Source: Candidatus Dojkabacteria bacterium
GTDB taxonomy: Bacteria; Patescibacteriota; Dojkabacteria; JAFGLO01
NCBI GenBank assembly: GCA_016927995.1
Contig: JAFGLO010000015.1
Location: 75,430-139,429, forward strand
Direction of reading: 5' to 3'
DNA length: 64,000 bases
The notes under the pieces were generated by a model that did no database searches, was not told the DNA's origin, and saw only the letters and a list, made by a program, of their open reading frames with translations. This document shows positions 1 to 10,330 of the stretch, piece by piece. The number at the start of each line of letters is the position of its first letter. The first letter of the stretch is position 1. Both the position numbers and the translations under genes were made by a program.

Positions 1-666
1 ACCGTAGCGAGCCAAGGGCTTTACTACACCCATCACGTTACCTTAACAGATCTTGATATAGGCGGAACCTATTATATTCGTGTAAATTCCGGAACCGATA
101 GATATTTTACCCCAACAGCAAGGGCTGTAACGTTAAACCAGTTATCGGCAACTCCTCCGGCACTTTCACTTTTAAATGGTTCCATTTCCGGAACCGGACA
201 AAATGATACACTTGTTTATGCTACAATTTCCGATGCTGACAGCCAGGGGTCAGGAGGATCCTCTCAGGAGCTTTCGACCGTTGCTTCGGCTACCGGTGGA
301 TTTACAATTAGCCTTGGAGAGGCTTATACTACATCTGGAACATCATACTATCAGTCAACTAATAACGATGACGTACTTGTTTCAATGGCAACCTATGGTG
401 ATAATGACACCCAAACGGTTAAAGTATCCGCAGCCGAGACCGGAACCTCGTTTACTCTTGATTCATATGGCTCGTCCGATGGTAGATCAAACAAACTTTT
501 AGATATGTCAGTTCTAAAAGGATCATCCCCCAAAACGGCCGGATTAATAACGATTATAATGTCGGTTGCCACCTTTATTGTGTCCATACTTCTTTCCAGC
601 CAGCTGTACATATATAATAAAAAGCATGCCTGGGAAAATAAAATAATAGATACCTTAAGTGAATAG
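1..666 (+). CDS. 5'-truncated membrane-anchored protein with a fibronectin type III-like domain and C-terminal TM helix
   Basis: Frame 1 is open from base 1 (TVASQGLYYTHHVTLTDLDIGGTYYIRVNSG, FN3-like) and is the same frame as the 385..666 ORF, which ends in a hydrophobic helix. Confidence 0.6.
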   Translation, partial: TVASQGLYYTHHVTLTDLDIGGTYYIRVNSGTDRYFTPTARAVTLNQLSATPPALSLLNGSISGTGQNDTLVYATISDADSQGSGGSSQELSTVASATGGFTISLGEAYTTSGTSYYQSTNNDDVLVSMATYGDNDTQTVKVSAAETGTSFTLDSYGSSDGRSNKLLDMSVLKGSSPKTAGLITIIMSVATFIVSILLSSQLYIYNKKHAWENKIIDTLSE

Positions 667-1858
667 TAAATCGGGTTTAAGTTTATTATTCTTTACAATC
701 TTGGGGAGCTCGTTAGGTTTTACTTTGGTTGCACAGCTATTCTTAAATCAGGTTAAGGCCGAGTCACACTATCAAACAGTTGATGTAGACAGAAATATAG
801 CGGAATCGGGATTTGATAAGTATGCAAAGGTCGAGAAAATAGTATTATGTAACATTGATAAATCTAGTTTATATAATAATGTTTCGTCAGAAGATTGGTA
901 CAAATCTCTATATTTTTATACAATAACATCACTTCATTTTTATGATATTCCATACAATTTTGTATATGATGGTGGAACTATATATCAGGGACGGCAAACT
1001 TCACATTGGGTAGATTTACAGCCACTTGTTGTAAACAACACTCAGGGAATCGTGCTTGTTGGCGTAACAAATCTCGCAGGGAGTCTAGATTCTACACTTT
1101 CCTCGTTTATTTCGTATCTTTTAGATGTATACGATATTTCTCCGAGTGCAGTTTTGGTAAAAGATTGTAAAATTGAAAAGACCCAAATTCAAGATAGTTT
1201 TGTGTCAAATTTCTCGCTTGAAGAATCTTTTGTTAGCATATCTTCTTTTGTTGGACAACTTTCAGTGTCCGACAATTTTAAGCGAACTTACGAGGGGAGT
1301 GTAACAACAGTTTCCAATGAGGAATATACAGATCCCGACAAAAATCTGTCTGTAAAAATTAATATTGAGAATACCGGCGATTATGCTTGGTATGCAGTAG
1401 ACGATTTCTACATTGTTACAACCGACTTGTTTTTGCATGATAGTCAATTCTTTTTAACAGGAGTATGGCCAAGCAGATCACATGCAAAAAAAATCGATCA
1501 GGATATACCTCCGGGAGAAACTATTCCAATCACTTTTGAACTTAGACCGGGAATAATGCCCGGAGAATATACGGAAAAGTTCATTATCGTTGACAAAAAC
1601 AAACTACCCATACAAGGAACCGAATTTAGCGTAAGCTTTATTACAAACAATGTTGACTATACTTTTGTACGTGTAAAAGAAAATCAGTGGGGCTTTTTAA
1701 ATGTACGTGAAAGTCCATCCTCATCAGCAGAAATAGTAACGAAAGTGTCGCCGGGTGAGATTTTCATTGTTGTAGAGCATGTTAATTCGTGGTACAAAAT
1801 TAAGATAGATGAGACTCGCGAAGGCTGGGTTTCGGGAACATATATAGAATTTCTTTAA
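659..1858 (+). CDS. Secreted cell-wall-binding protein: degenerate PGRP/amidase-like domain, Ig-like (NBR1-type) domain, C-terminal SH3b
   Basis: N-terminal TM; YDIPYNFV..G.IYQGR amidase-like motif; NTGDYAW...PGE Ig-like; LNVRESPS...WYKI...GWVSG SH3b signature. Confidence 0.65.
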   Translation: MNSKSGLSLLFFTILGSSLGFTLVAQLFLNQVKAESHYQTVDVDRNIAESGFDKYAKVEKIVLCNIDKSSLYNNVSSEDWYKSLYFYTITSLHFYDIPYNFVYDGGTIYQGRQTSHWVDLQPLVVNNTQGIVLVGVTNLAGSLDSTLSSFISYLLDVYDISPSAVLVKDCKIEKTQIQDSFVSNFSLEESFVSISSFVGQLSVSDNFKRTYEGSVTTVSNEEYTDPDKNLSVKINIENTGDYAWYAVDDFYIVTTDLFLHDSQFFLTGVWPSRSHAKKIDQDIPPGETIPITFELRPGIMPGEYTEKFIIVDKNKLPIQGTEFSVSFITNNVDYTFVRVKENQWGFLNVRESPSSSAEIVTKVSPGEIFIVVEHVNSWYKIKIDETREGWVSGTYIEFL

Positions 1859-3804
1859 TGGATCTTCAGACACTTAACGACAAGCAAAAAGAGGCAGTTA
1901 CTTATTTTGATTCTCCACTTTTGGTTTTTGCAGGTGCAGGCTCCGGAAAAACTCGTGTTATCGTTCACAAAATCGCATATTTAATCAATGAGCTTAAGGT
2001 TTCGCCACATAACATTTTGGCACTTACCTTTACCAAAAAAGCTGCAGAAGAAATGAGAAGTAGAGTATCCCAGATGCTTAACTCAAGTGTAAATCTTAAG
2101 GGTATGTTTGTTGGAACGTTTCATTCATGGGGTGCATATATTCTACGTCGGGAATCCCAAGAGATAGGTCTTAATCAAAACTTTCCAATATTCGACAGTA
2201 CCGACAAAGACAACATAATTAAAGAAATAATAAAAGATTTTAACATTGGTAAGGTTTCATTTGGTGCAGTTTCTGCCGTAATTTCAAGGCTTAAGAGTGA
2301 CTTGATTTCAAGTTCCGACTACTTAAAACTTAATTTTAGCTCTCCTCAGGTTGAGCTAATGGCTAAAGTATATGACGAATACGAAAAACGCAAGTCCAAC
2401 ATGGGTGGAGTTGATTTTGATGACCTGTTAGCGTATCCGCTTAAATTGTTTTCTGAGAATTCCGAAATTTTACAAAAATATAAACAGACTTATTCATACA
2501 TTCTTGTCGATGAATACCAAGATACCAACAAAACCCAATATAAGCTAATCAAGAATATTTCAAACGAAAATGTGTGTGTAGTGGGTGACGACGACCAAAG
2601 TATTTATTCATGGCGGGGTGCAATTATTGAAAATATCCTGAGATTTAAATCTGACTTTGCACAGGCAAAGATCATTAAACTTGATACAAATTATAGATCC
2701 ACACAAAAAATAATTGATGCCGCATATGGTCTTGTTGCAAATAACACAAAGCGTGAAGATAAAGAAGTTTTTTCTGTCTCTGATACAGGCGAAGATCTTA
2801 CCTTGTACGAAGGCGATGACGAGAACGACGAAGCTTTCTTTGTGATAAGTCGGATCCAAAAGCTTTTGGATGAGGGTTATTCTTTTAATGATATTGCCAT
2901 TTTCTATAGAACAAACAGCCAATCCCGTGTGATTGAGGAACAGTTGGTAAGTTATGGATTGCCGTATAGGATATACGGAGGGTACCGGTTTTACGAACGT
3001 GCTGAAATAAAAGATCTAATTGGATATATTTCCTTTCTTGTTGACAACAAAGATGACATATCTCTATTTAGAATACTTAATACACCTGCAAGGAAAATCG
3101 GACCGTCAGCTATTTCGAAACTTAAGGAAGTTTCGTCACAAAACGGTATAAGCGCCAAGGAGTTAGTAAGAGCATATATTGTTAATTCCGGGGTTGCACT
3201 ACCGTTTGGAAGTAATACCAAAAGTCTTTCCGACAAAGACATAAAAGCCCTTAAATTCTTGGACAAGTTTGTAGAAGCTTTTAGGGAAATTGATTTTTCA
3301 AGGTTTTCAACCCTTACCGAATTTGTTACCACTATAATTGAAACAACTAATTACAAAGAGTATTTAGCCAATAAATACCCCGAGCTATACGAAGAAAAAC
3401 TTGAGAATATTGTTCAACTAAAACACGTCACCGAAAAATATGGATTTCAAAACAGTGACCTGCTTAATTTCCTAGAAGAGGTCGTACTAATGCTGGATAT
3501 TGAGAGTGAATCAACGAATAAAGAAGGTGCAGTAAATCTTATGACACTACATGCTTCAAAGGGTCTTGAGTTCTCGGTTGTGTTTATTGTTGGGATTGAG
3601 GAGGGGGTCCTGCCACATTTTAGATCACTTGAAAGTACCGATGCAGTTGAAGAAGAGCGTAGACTTTTATATGTTGGCATCACTCGTGCGAAGCGAAAAG
3701 TATTTTTAAGTTATACAAGATTTAATTCAGCAAGACTTATGTCCAGAAGTCCTTCTCGCTTTTTAAGTGAGATCCCGGAGGAACATCTTCAGATAATTAT
3801 GTAA
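1858..3804 (+). CDS. pcrA: ATP-dependent DNA helicase UvrD/PcrA
   Basis: AGAGSGKT, LVDEYQDTN, VGDDDQSIYSWRGA, NYRST, TLHASKGLEF, EEERRLLYVGITRA. Confidence 0.95.
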   Translation: MDLQTLNDKQKEAVTYFDSPLLVFAGAGSGKTRVIVHKIAYLINELKVSPHNILALTFTKKAAEEMRSRVSQMLNSSVNLKGMFVGTFHSWGAYILRRESQEIGLNQNFPIFDSTDKDNIIKEIIKDFNIGKVSFGAVSAVISRLKSDLISSSDYLKLNFSSPQVELMAKVYDEYEKRKSNMGGVDFDDLLAYPLKLFSENSEILQKYKQTYSYILVDEYQDTNKTQYKLIKNISNENVCVVGDDDQSIYSWRGAIIENILRFKSDFAQAKIIKLDTNYRSTQKIIDAAYGLVANNTKREDKEVFSVSDTGEDLTLYEGDDENDEAFFVISRIQKLLDEGYSFNDIAIFYRTNSQSRVIEEQLVSYGLPYRIYGGYRFYERAEIKDLIGYISFLVDNKDDISLFRILNTPARKIGPSAISKLKEVSSQNGISAKELVRAYIVNSGVALPFGSNTKSLSDKDIKALKFLDKFVEAFREIDFSRFSTLTEFVTTIIETTNYKEYLANKYPELYEEKLENIVQLKHVTEKYGFQNSDLLNFLEEVVLMLDIESESTNKEGAVNLMTLHASKGLEFSVVFIVGIEEGVLPHFRSLESTDAVEEERRLLYVGITRAKRKVFLSYTRFNSARLMSRSPSRFLSEIPEEHLQIIM

Positions 3805-4356
3805 ACCTGTGGAAGCTTTTGTGTTACGATTTGTTGTGTTTTCATTAAAGAATAACACTTCAAGCTTTGTCAAACATGATTTCCCGTGGTGATGAACTTT
3901 AATAGGGGATCCGAATTATATTGAAACTCGCTATTTCAGACGATTTCTTTAACTTAAATTTTTGGGTAATTTAGAGTTGACCCACGTGCAAGTTTTTTGA
4001 GCATTAAAGCGACCTGCAGGAGGCGACTTTGAGGGTGTATACCTTGCGTGTACGTGTCTGTACCTGTTTTGTATACAAGTTATTGAGAAGCAAAGCTCTT
4101 TTTAAAAAAGTTGGAAAATCTTTCTACTGCTTAACTTTAGTAGTCAGTACCGAAATTCATAAACAGTGATTTTGCGTGATTTGAGGATATTTATATAAGA
4201 TAATTTAGGAGATGATCAATTGTAACGCCATTCTTTTTCAGCCTGTTACAATAGTCGCAATAGTGCTTTTGTTAGATGGTTTTATGACCTATCTGTTGTT
4301 GTCTCCGTTCCGAGTTTTTGTTATAGTGAAGAAGTATTATATACCGTCAAAACATA

Positions 4357-5715
4357 ATGCAACTATTCAATAAATTAAAGAAAACTTTCGGACTTCGCGA
4401 AAGTTCTAGAATTAATCGTTATTTTAATATTGTTAGCACTTTTTTCTTTGTTATATTTGCGTTGTTTTCAACCTTTAGAGTATCCCCCGCATATGCCGGT
4501 TCAATTGAACAAGCTGCACTTGTTGCACTTGCAAATGTTGATAGAATTTCCCGTGGATTAATTCCCTTGCAAGTAAACAACGAACTTGTGGCAGCAGCGT
4601 ATCTAAAGGCTTATGACATGCTTGATAAACAGTACTGGGCACACTATGGTCCCTCCGGAGAGAGTCCGTGGATGTATATTTTGTCATCGGGATACGATTA
4701 TACCTATGCAGGTGAGAACCTAGCTTATGGTTTCGAGGACTCATCCGGGGTGCACGAAGCATGGATGAATAGCCCGACTCATCGAGACAACATATTAAAT
4801 AACAGCTTTATTGATGTAGGAATTGCTGTTGTTAAGGGCTTCTTTGAAGGATCCGAGACTACCCTAGTTGTGCAACTTTTTGGATCGCTTGGTGATTCAT
4901 CCAAAACGGTTGATATATCATCGAAGCCGTTAAATATCCTTTATCCGACAGAAGGTTCTGTTGTAATTGATGAGCTGTTCGGTGTGCTGGGAACTGTTTC
5001 AACCGATGTACAAAATCCGCTGGTTCAGATTTTCATGGATGGTGAGAGTATTGGTGGAGCAATTATTTCGAGTGGGACCTTTAGTAAACGATTAAACTTT
5101 TCAAAACGAGGTGGGCATAAACTTACTGCCGATCTACTGGATTCAATGGGAAATATTGTTTATAGTGACATGGTAAATTATGAAATTGCAAACAATAATT
5201 GGGTCCAATTAGCTCCAACCAACCTTTCTTATGAACGATTAACAGATGACACATATAATTTAACTGGAACGGTAACAAAGGACGTTCTAAAAGCGAATAT
5301 TAAAACATCAACAGATGTTATTAATTGTAATGTGATAAATCAATCGCTAACGTGTGTTGTACCCAAGAAGATTTTTGAACAAAAAAATAAACAGTTAATC
5401 CTTCTTGACAACTCCGGAACGGCTGCCAATGTGGGTGTCGATAATCTTATTGTATATGGTGTTTCGGGAGCTGTGTTCATGGGAAGTAATGTACTTGGTC
5501 GGCTTCTTACCGAAGGGCAACAGATGACTTCAAAGTTTTTGAACCGGGGAACAATCGGTCTGTTTTTGTCGATATTTGTAATGATTGAGATTATTCGTGT
5601 AATTATATTGTGGAGAAATAACAGCTACAAAGGTCACTACGGCTACAGAGTTCTTATATTCATGCTTGCGCTTTTTGCACAGCTTTCATTTACTGGGGGA
5701 GGGATAGTTATATGA
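4357..5715 (+). CDS. CAP/SCP domain membrane protein
   Basis: AGENLAYGF, WMNSPTHRDNIL; N- and C-terminal TM segments. Confidence 0.85.
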   Translation: MQLFNKLKKTFGLRESSRINRYFNIVSTFFFVIFALFSTFRVSPAYAGSIEQAALVALANVDRISRGLIPLQVNNELVAAAYLKAYDMLDKQYWAHYGPSGESPWMYILSSGYDYTYAGENLAYGFEDSSGVHEAWMNSPTHRDNILNNSFIDVGIAVVKGFFEGSETTLVVQLFGSLGDSSKTVDISSKPLNILYPTEGSVVIDELFGVLGTVSTDVQNPLVQIFMDGESIGGAIISSGTFSKRLNFSKRGGHKLTADLLDSMGNIVYSDMVNYEIANNNWVQLAPTNLSYERLTDDTYNLTGTVTKDVLKANIKTSTDVINCNVINQSLTCVVPKKIFEQKNKQLILLDNSGTAANVGVDNLIVYGVSGAVFMGSNVLGRLLTEGQQMTSKFLNRGTIGLFLSIFVMIEIIRVIILWRNNSYKGHYGYRVLIFMLALFAQLSFTGGGIVI

Positions 5716-6503
5716 AAACCCAAAGCAAAATATTCAAAAAGAATCTTTTAATTAGTTCGTTAGTATATTTTGTCGTGCTTGAGCTTACTTTTTTTGTTAA
5801 GCAGTCTCTTAATACTGATTCATACCTTTTATCTTGGCATCTTGTACTTGCAATACTTTCACTTGGACTTAATTATCTTTCCTTTTACGTTTTGTTGACA
5901 AGAATAAATGATCAGAAACGAGCGAAAAGGAACTGGACTTTAACTCAAATATTTTTTGGTTTTCCGATTCTAATATGGACTCTTACAATTGGAGTTCTGA
6001 TTCTCTTAACAAGTGGGTATTCAGGTCAATTATGGATTTTGATCTCATCAACAATTTGGACGGTTTTTCTTGCTGCATTGCTTAGATCAGTACAAAACGC
6101 ATATTCGGTCTCAAAATATATAAAACTGATTGACTTTGTTGCCGTATATATTTTCTTTGCGGGAATACTATTGGTTGGATATTTCTTAAAAGATCTAACC
6201 TTTGGTGCTGTTCTAATCGTTTATCTGATAATGATATTTGCAACCTTTAAGCTTGAACTTTTAACAAAGCCTTTCTTTTATATAATAAATCTCTTAGCAA
6301 TTTTTGTGATGTATATGGTCTTTTTGTTTATAGATCATCAGTCGAAACTGCTTTTCTTTCGAGAGGCACTTTTCTTTACAAATATTTTTTTCTTGTTTTC
6401 ATCGGTCCTAAGGCTTATTGAACTTGGACGATTCAAAAAAGACAACATATTTCAGACAATAATAGCCTTTCTTGTTGTGGCAATTGTAACATTGGGTGGC
6501 TAG
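5712..6503 (+). CDS. Multi-pass membrane protein, hypothetical
   Basis: 263 aa with many hydrophobic helices; ATGA overlap with the upstream gene. Confidence 0.7.
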   Translation: MKTQSKIFKKNLLISSLVYFVVLELTFFVKQSLNTDSYLLSWHLVLAILSLGLNYLSFYVLLTRINDQKRAKRNWTLTQIFFGFPILIWTLTIGVLILLTSGYSGQLWILISSTIWTVFLAALLRSVQNAYSVSKYIKLIDFVAVYIFFAGILLVGYFLKDLTFGAVLIVYLIMIFATFKLELLTKPFFYIINLLAIFVMYMVFLFIDHQSKLLFFREALFFTNIFFLFSSVLRLIELGRFKKDNIFQTIIAFLVVAIVTLGG

Positions 6504-6961
6504 TTTACCGATTTGATTTTTACTGATTCTTTTTTACCAGACGGGGTAGCATAATTTGCAGTATCTCCAGCTTCTTTGCCTAGAATTGCCTTGCCAAGTG
6601 GTGATTCAACCGAGAGTTTGTTTTCTTTGGGATCTGCCTCCTGTGGAGAAACGATTGTATATTCGATATCCTTTCTACCCTTAACAACGGTTACAGTTGA
6701 TCCGATTTCGGCAGTTTTGGAATTAACGTTCTTTAAAATTTTTGCGTTTTCAAGTATCTGTTCAATTTCGTTTATTCTTGCTACGTTGTTTTCGTACTCT
6801 TCCTGAGACATGCTCCAGGCACTGTTTTCCGATAAATCACCAGCTGATCTGGCTTCGGCCATTCGCTTACGGATATCGAGCATCTTGGGTCCCTTGCGTT
6901 CGGCAAGCTCGTTCTTTAATTGTTGTACTCCCTCTGCAGTTAATTGTACAACCTTATCCAT
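6500..6961 (-). CDS. greA: Transcription elongation factor GreA
   Basis: GDLSENS motif, EADP..N.LS.ESPLGKAILG. Confidence 0.95.
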   Translation of the reverse strand: MDKVVQLTAEGVQQLKNELAERKGPKMLDIRKRMAEARSAGDLSENSAWSMSQEEYENNVARINEIEQILENAKILKNVNSKTAEIGSTVTVVKGRKDIEYTIVSPQEADPKENKLSVESPLGKAILGKEAGDTANYATPSGKKESVKIKSVN

Positions 6962-6979
6962 GTATATATAATAAAGTTA

Positions 6980-7623
6980 ATGAAAAACGAAAGAATTATT
7001 ACACGTGTCATTCTAGTATGTCAAGTGATTGTTTCGGCTTTTGTAGATTTGTTAATAGTTGTCGCAATTACAGGGTACCGAAGTTCCGAACAATTGATAA
7101 CATTGTTAACAAATACCTTACCCGTTGGAATAGAGCTAGAATCATCTGTGATTGAGGATTATATCGGTTGTTCAAGGTGGGAACAACTAAAATAAAGGTC
7201 TTCGCAGAAAAGCTTATTGATGCCAAGTTAAAGATGGAAAACAACAAGCTGGTAATGCCTTTTAATAACTATGCAATTGTTGATCTTTCGGAACAAAGAG
7301 AATATGTGTTTTCCGATGAGACTATTTATGTCTATAGAGTTGCAACCGGGGCTGCCGAAAATCCAACTCCTGTGGGTGTCTGGAAGATTGTTAAGTATTA
7401 TGAAGATTTTGAACTGAGTTCACTTTACGGACCGTGCCTTTTAAAACTTAATTATTTTGATGGACGCACCTGGATTCCAACAGAAAGAGCTTTGCATGGG
7501 ACTAATACGCCTGATATAATAGGTTCACCTGAGTCTTTTGGGTGTATATATCATTACAATGATGATATCCTTAAGATTTGTGAGCTCTTTAAAATTGGTG
7601 ACTTTGTAATTGTGATCGAGTAG
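6980..7623 (+). pseudogene. L,D-transpeptidase (YkuD family), split by a -1 frameshift near 7189-7195
   Basis: TM-anchor ORF 6980..7195 plus catalytic ORF 7168..7623 (TPVG, ALHGT...SFGC). One extra A in the A4 run joins them (EQLKIKVF). Confidence 0.6.
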
Positions 7624-7732
7624 AGATTGTTGACCGCAGGTTGCTTATAACCCGTTATCAATGCTATGGGTTTGGCGTTTCGGGTTTGATACCTTTTACG
7701 TAATACCTTTAAATATACCGTTTCTCACTTGT

Positions 7733-7804
7733 GCCGCTATCGTCTAACGGTTAGGACGCGGGATTCTCAATCCTGTAATCGGGGTTCGATTCCCCGTAGC
7801 GGTA
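7733..7804 (+). tRNA. tRNA-Glu(CTC), CCA not encoded
   Basis: Acceptor GCCGCTA/TAGCGGT, anticodon loop TTCTCAA, T-arm GGTTCGATTCC. Confidence 0.95.
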
Positions 7805-7968
7805 TTTATTCAGTGGGGAATCGAACCTGTATCACTTGTTTAGTTTCTTGATCCATGCTCCAAGTATTCGCATTCAGCCTTAGCCTGAGTTAGGTACATC
7901 TCAGGCTCCCCGTAGCGAGTGGGTATTTTGCAAAGCGTAAATTGTATTCATAAATTTTCAAAAAAGCC

Positions 7969-8604
7969 GTGATTAAATTTAAAATAATAACTCCGTTTCC
8001 GGACTTTGTCTCAACAATAAAAGACTTTAGCATAATAAAGAATGCTATTAATAAAAAGCTTGTATCGATAGAGGTCCACGACTTGCGAAAGTGGAGTTTA
8101 GGTAATTACAAACAGATTGATGATACTCCATACGGTGGTGGTGCCGGGATGGTTTTAATGATCGAGCCGATATTTAATGCCCTTAATGATCTAAAGAGTA
8201 CTGACTCGCATGTTGTTTTGACATCTGCAAAGGGTAAAAAGCTTGATTATCAAAAATCACACGAACTCTCAGAAAAAAAAGAGATTATTATAATATGTGG
8301 TCATTATGAAGGTGTCGATCAGCGGATAGAAGACAATTTGGTCGACGAATCAATAAGCATTGGCGATTATATTCTTTCCGGCGGTGAACTACCTGCAATG
8401 ACTATTGTGGATGTGGTAACACGCCTTGTTCCCGGAGTTATTAATGCAGACTCATTAACAGAAGAAACAGATCAGAAAAATAAAGAATATCCTCATTACA
8501 CACGACCGGCAAAGTTTAAGGGCTGGGCGGTACCGGAGGTATTGTTAAGTGGTAATCACGAAGAAATTAAAAAATGGCGAGAGTCTCAGCGCAAGAAAAC
8601 ATAA
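7969..8604 (+). CDS. trmD: tRNA (guanine37-N1)-methyltransferase
   Basis: DDTPYGGGAGMVL, CGHYEGVDQR, SIGDYILSGGE. Confidence 0.97.
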   Translation: MIKFKIITPFPDFVSTIKDFSIIKNAINKKLVSIEVHDLRKWSLGNYKQIDDTPYGGGAGMVLMIEPIFNALNDLKSTDSHVVLTSAKGKKLDYQKSHELSEKKEIIIICGHYEGVDQRIEDNLVDESISIGDYILSGGELPAMTIVDVVTRLVPGVINADSLTEETDQKNKEYPHYTRPAKFKGWAVPEVLLSGNHEEIKKWRESQRKKT

Positions 8605-9716
8605 AAATTGCTGCCGAAATTGCAACTTCGGAGTTACGGGCATGTTATACATCCGATGGTATTATTGCCGGATCTACAACGTATGACGACTATTGGACGG
8701 GGGATTTTTTCTGGGCTGCACTTGGAGCTTTGAGCTTAGGCGATGTTGCTCCTGTTATTTCTCATGTAAAATTGCTTGCAAGGTTTCAGCGAAAAAGTGG
8801 ACAGATTCCATTTTTAATAAGAAGAAATTTTCCGGTTCTCCCATTTTGTGGAATAAAGGTTGGAATTCCTTATATCTCACAAGTAAGAAGTCATAAGTTT
8901 TTCTTTTTAAGCTCGTTTTCTGACAGCACTCCATATTTTATTATTTTACTTTCGGAATTGTGGGAAAAAGGAATTTTAGAAAAAGCAGATTATTTAGAAA
9001 ATTTTAGACATGCTGTTAACTGGTGTATACAAAGAATAGGCAAGGATAACCTTGTATTTGATTTACCAATATCTGGTTGGAACGATGGAGTTTACAAGCT
9101 TGGTAAAGTGCTCTATACAAATGTGCTATTTTATAAAGCGTTAGTGGAAGCTGGTTCAATTTCCAGTGAGGCTAGAGATATTTCTCAAAGGGTCTTAAAG
9201 TCGATTCGTGAAAAGCTATGGGGTAATGGTTATTATAATGACTGGGTATTTTTAAAATCTCATACAAACTTTTGTACTGTAGGCAATATGCTTGCAGTAG
9301 TTTATGACGTCGCGACAAAAGCAGAAGTTGTATCAATATTGGATTTTGTGGAAAAAAATCTATATAAGGATCCTTTTGTTAGTACTGTTTTTCCGGCATA
9401 TAAACAACACAAAATTGATATTTGGAATCGGCTTAGTGGAATGGGCGATTATGCCAACGGAAGTAGTGTGTACTGGCTTGAGCCTGTGCTTTTATATGTA
9501 ATCGCACTTGCCCAAATTGGACTTAAATCCAAAGCCGTTAATATCTTTAAGAAAGTGGCTAGTCAGATAGTAAGGTCGATAGGGGTGTACGAGATATATG
9601 ATTCGAAAGGAAAACCGTTTAGCAGTAGGTTATATAAATCTGAACATCCTTTTGCAAGGAGTTGCGGACTCTTTCTTTTAGCAAAAGAATCGCTTAAAGA
9701 TTTTCACCACCAATAA
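8574..9716 (+). CDS. Six-hairpin glycoside hydrolase (amylo-alpha-1,6-glucosidase/invertase-like)
   Basis: DYWTGDFFWA (W.RD-like), Q..SGQIP, DSTPYF, WND..., LYTNVLFY. Confidence 0.6.
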   Translation: MARVSAQENIKIAAEIATSELRACYTSDGIIAGSTTYDDYWTGDFFWAALGALSLGDVAPVISHVKLLARFQRKSGQIPFLIRRNFPVLPFCGIKVGIPYISQVRSHKFFFLSSFSDSTPYFIILLSELWEKGILEKADYLENFRHAVNWCIQRIGKDNLVFDLPISGWNDGVYKLGKVLYTNVLFYKALVEAGSISSEARDISQRVLKSIREKLWGNGYYNDWVFLKSHTNFCTVGNMLAVVYDVATKAEVVSILDFVEKNLYKDPFVSTVFPAYKQHKIDIWNRLSGMGDYANGSSVYWLEPVLLYVIALAQIGLKSKAVNIFKKVASQIVRSIGVYEIYDSKGKPFSSRLYKSEHPFARSCGLFLLAKESLKDFHHQ

Positions 9717-10266
9717 GGATAATGTTTTTAGGATCCAGAATTCGTTCTATAAACATATCACGTTTTTTGCGCCTAAAGTCGAACTCATCTTTTGTTAGAA
9801 CGGAATACTTAATTTCGCGCTTTTCTTCTGTTTCGACTTGTTTTACAAGGTGGCTTGCAACGGGCACGTGAATTTCTCCGACCAATAAAAGGTCGACATC
9901 GTACTGGTTTTTGTGGGTATTGTTAACATAGTTTATTGTTAAAATAGCAATTTGAACATTTCCAATAGCCGTTGAATTTTGAATGATACTTTTCCCAAGT
10001 CCTGTTGTTTTATATACAAGTCTTAGAAATTCTTCATAAAGTGGAAATTGCGGATTGGCAGAAAACATTTTTTTTCGACCGGCCTTTTCGGCTTTAATAA
10101 AGCCAATATCGAGTAGGTTAGCAAGCTCACGGCTTACGGCATTTACCTGTTTTTTTATAATTCTAGAGATGCTTCTTAGGTGGATTTTTTCTCCCGGGTT
10201 TTTAATAAACCAGGTAATAAGTGATCTTCTTGTGTCAGCAGTTAGTATCTTGTCTAATATGTCCAT
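9694..10266 (-). CDS. Winged-helix protein with nucleotidyltransferase-like C-terminus
   Basis: HLRSISR...NAVSRELANL HTH; DVDLLLVG motif. Confidence 0.7.
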   Translation of the reverse strand: MDILDKILTADTRRSLITWFIKNPGEKIHLRSISRIIKKQVNAVSRELANLLDIGFIKAEKAGRKKMFSANPQFPLYEEFLRLVYKTTGLGKSIIQNSTAIGNVQIAILTINYVNNTHKNQYDVDLLLVGEIHVPVASHLVKQVETEEKREIKYSVLTKDEFDFRRKKRDMFIERILDPKNIILIGGENL

Positions 10267-10330
10267 ATAGAAATTCTAAAGGTTAATATACTACTATACC
10301 ATACTTTTTGTGAACATTTCAATAATCAGG

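Noticed and set aside
3805-4356. oriC, or a reversed or complement-only gene
   Set aside because: No TTATCCACA-like box cluster seen; spot translations of the reversed and complemented text gave no long frame
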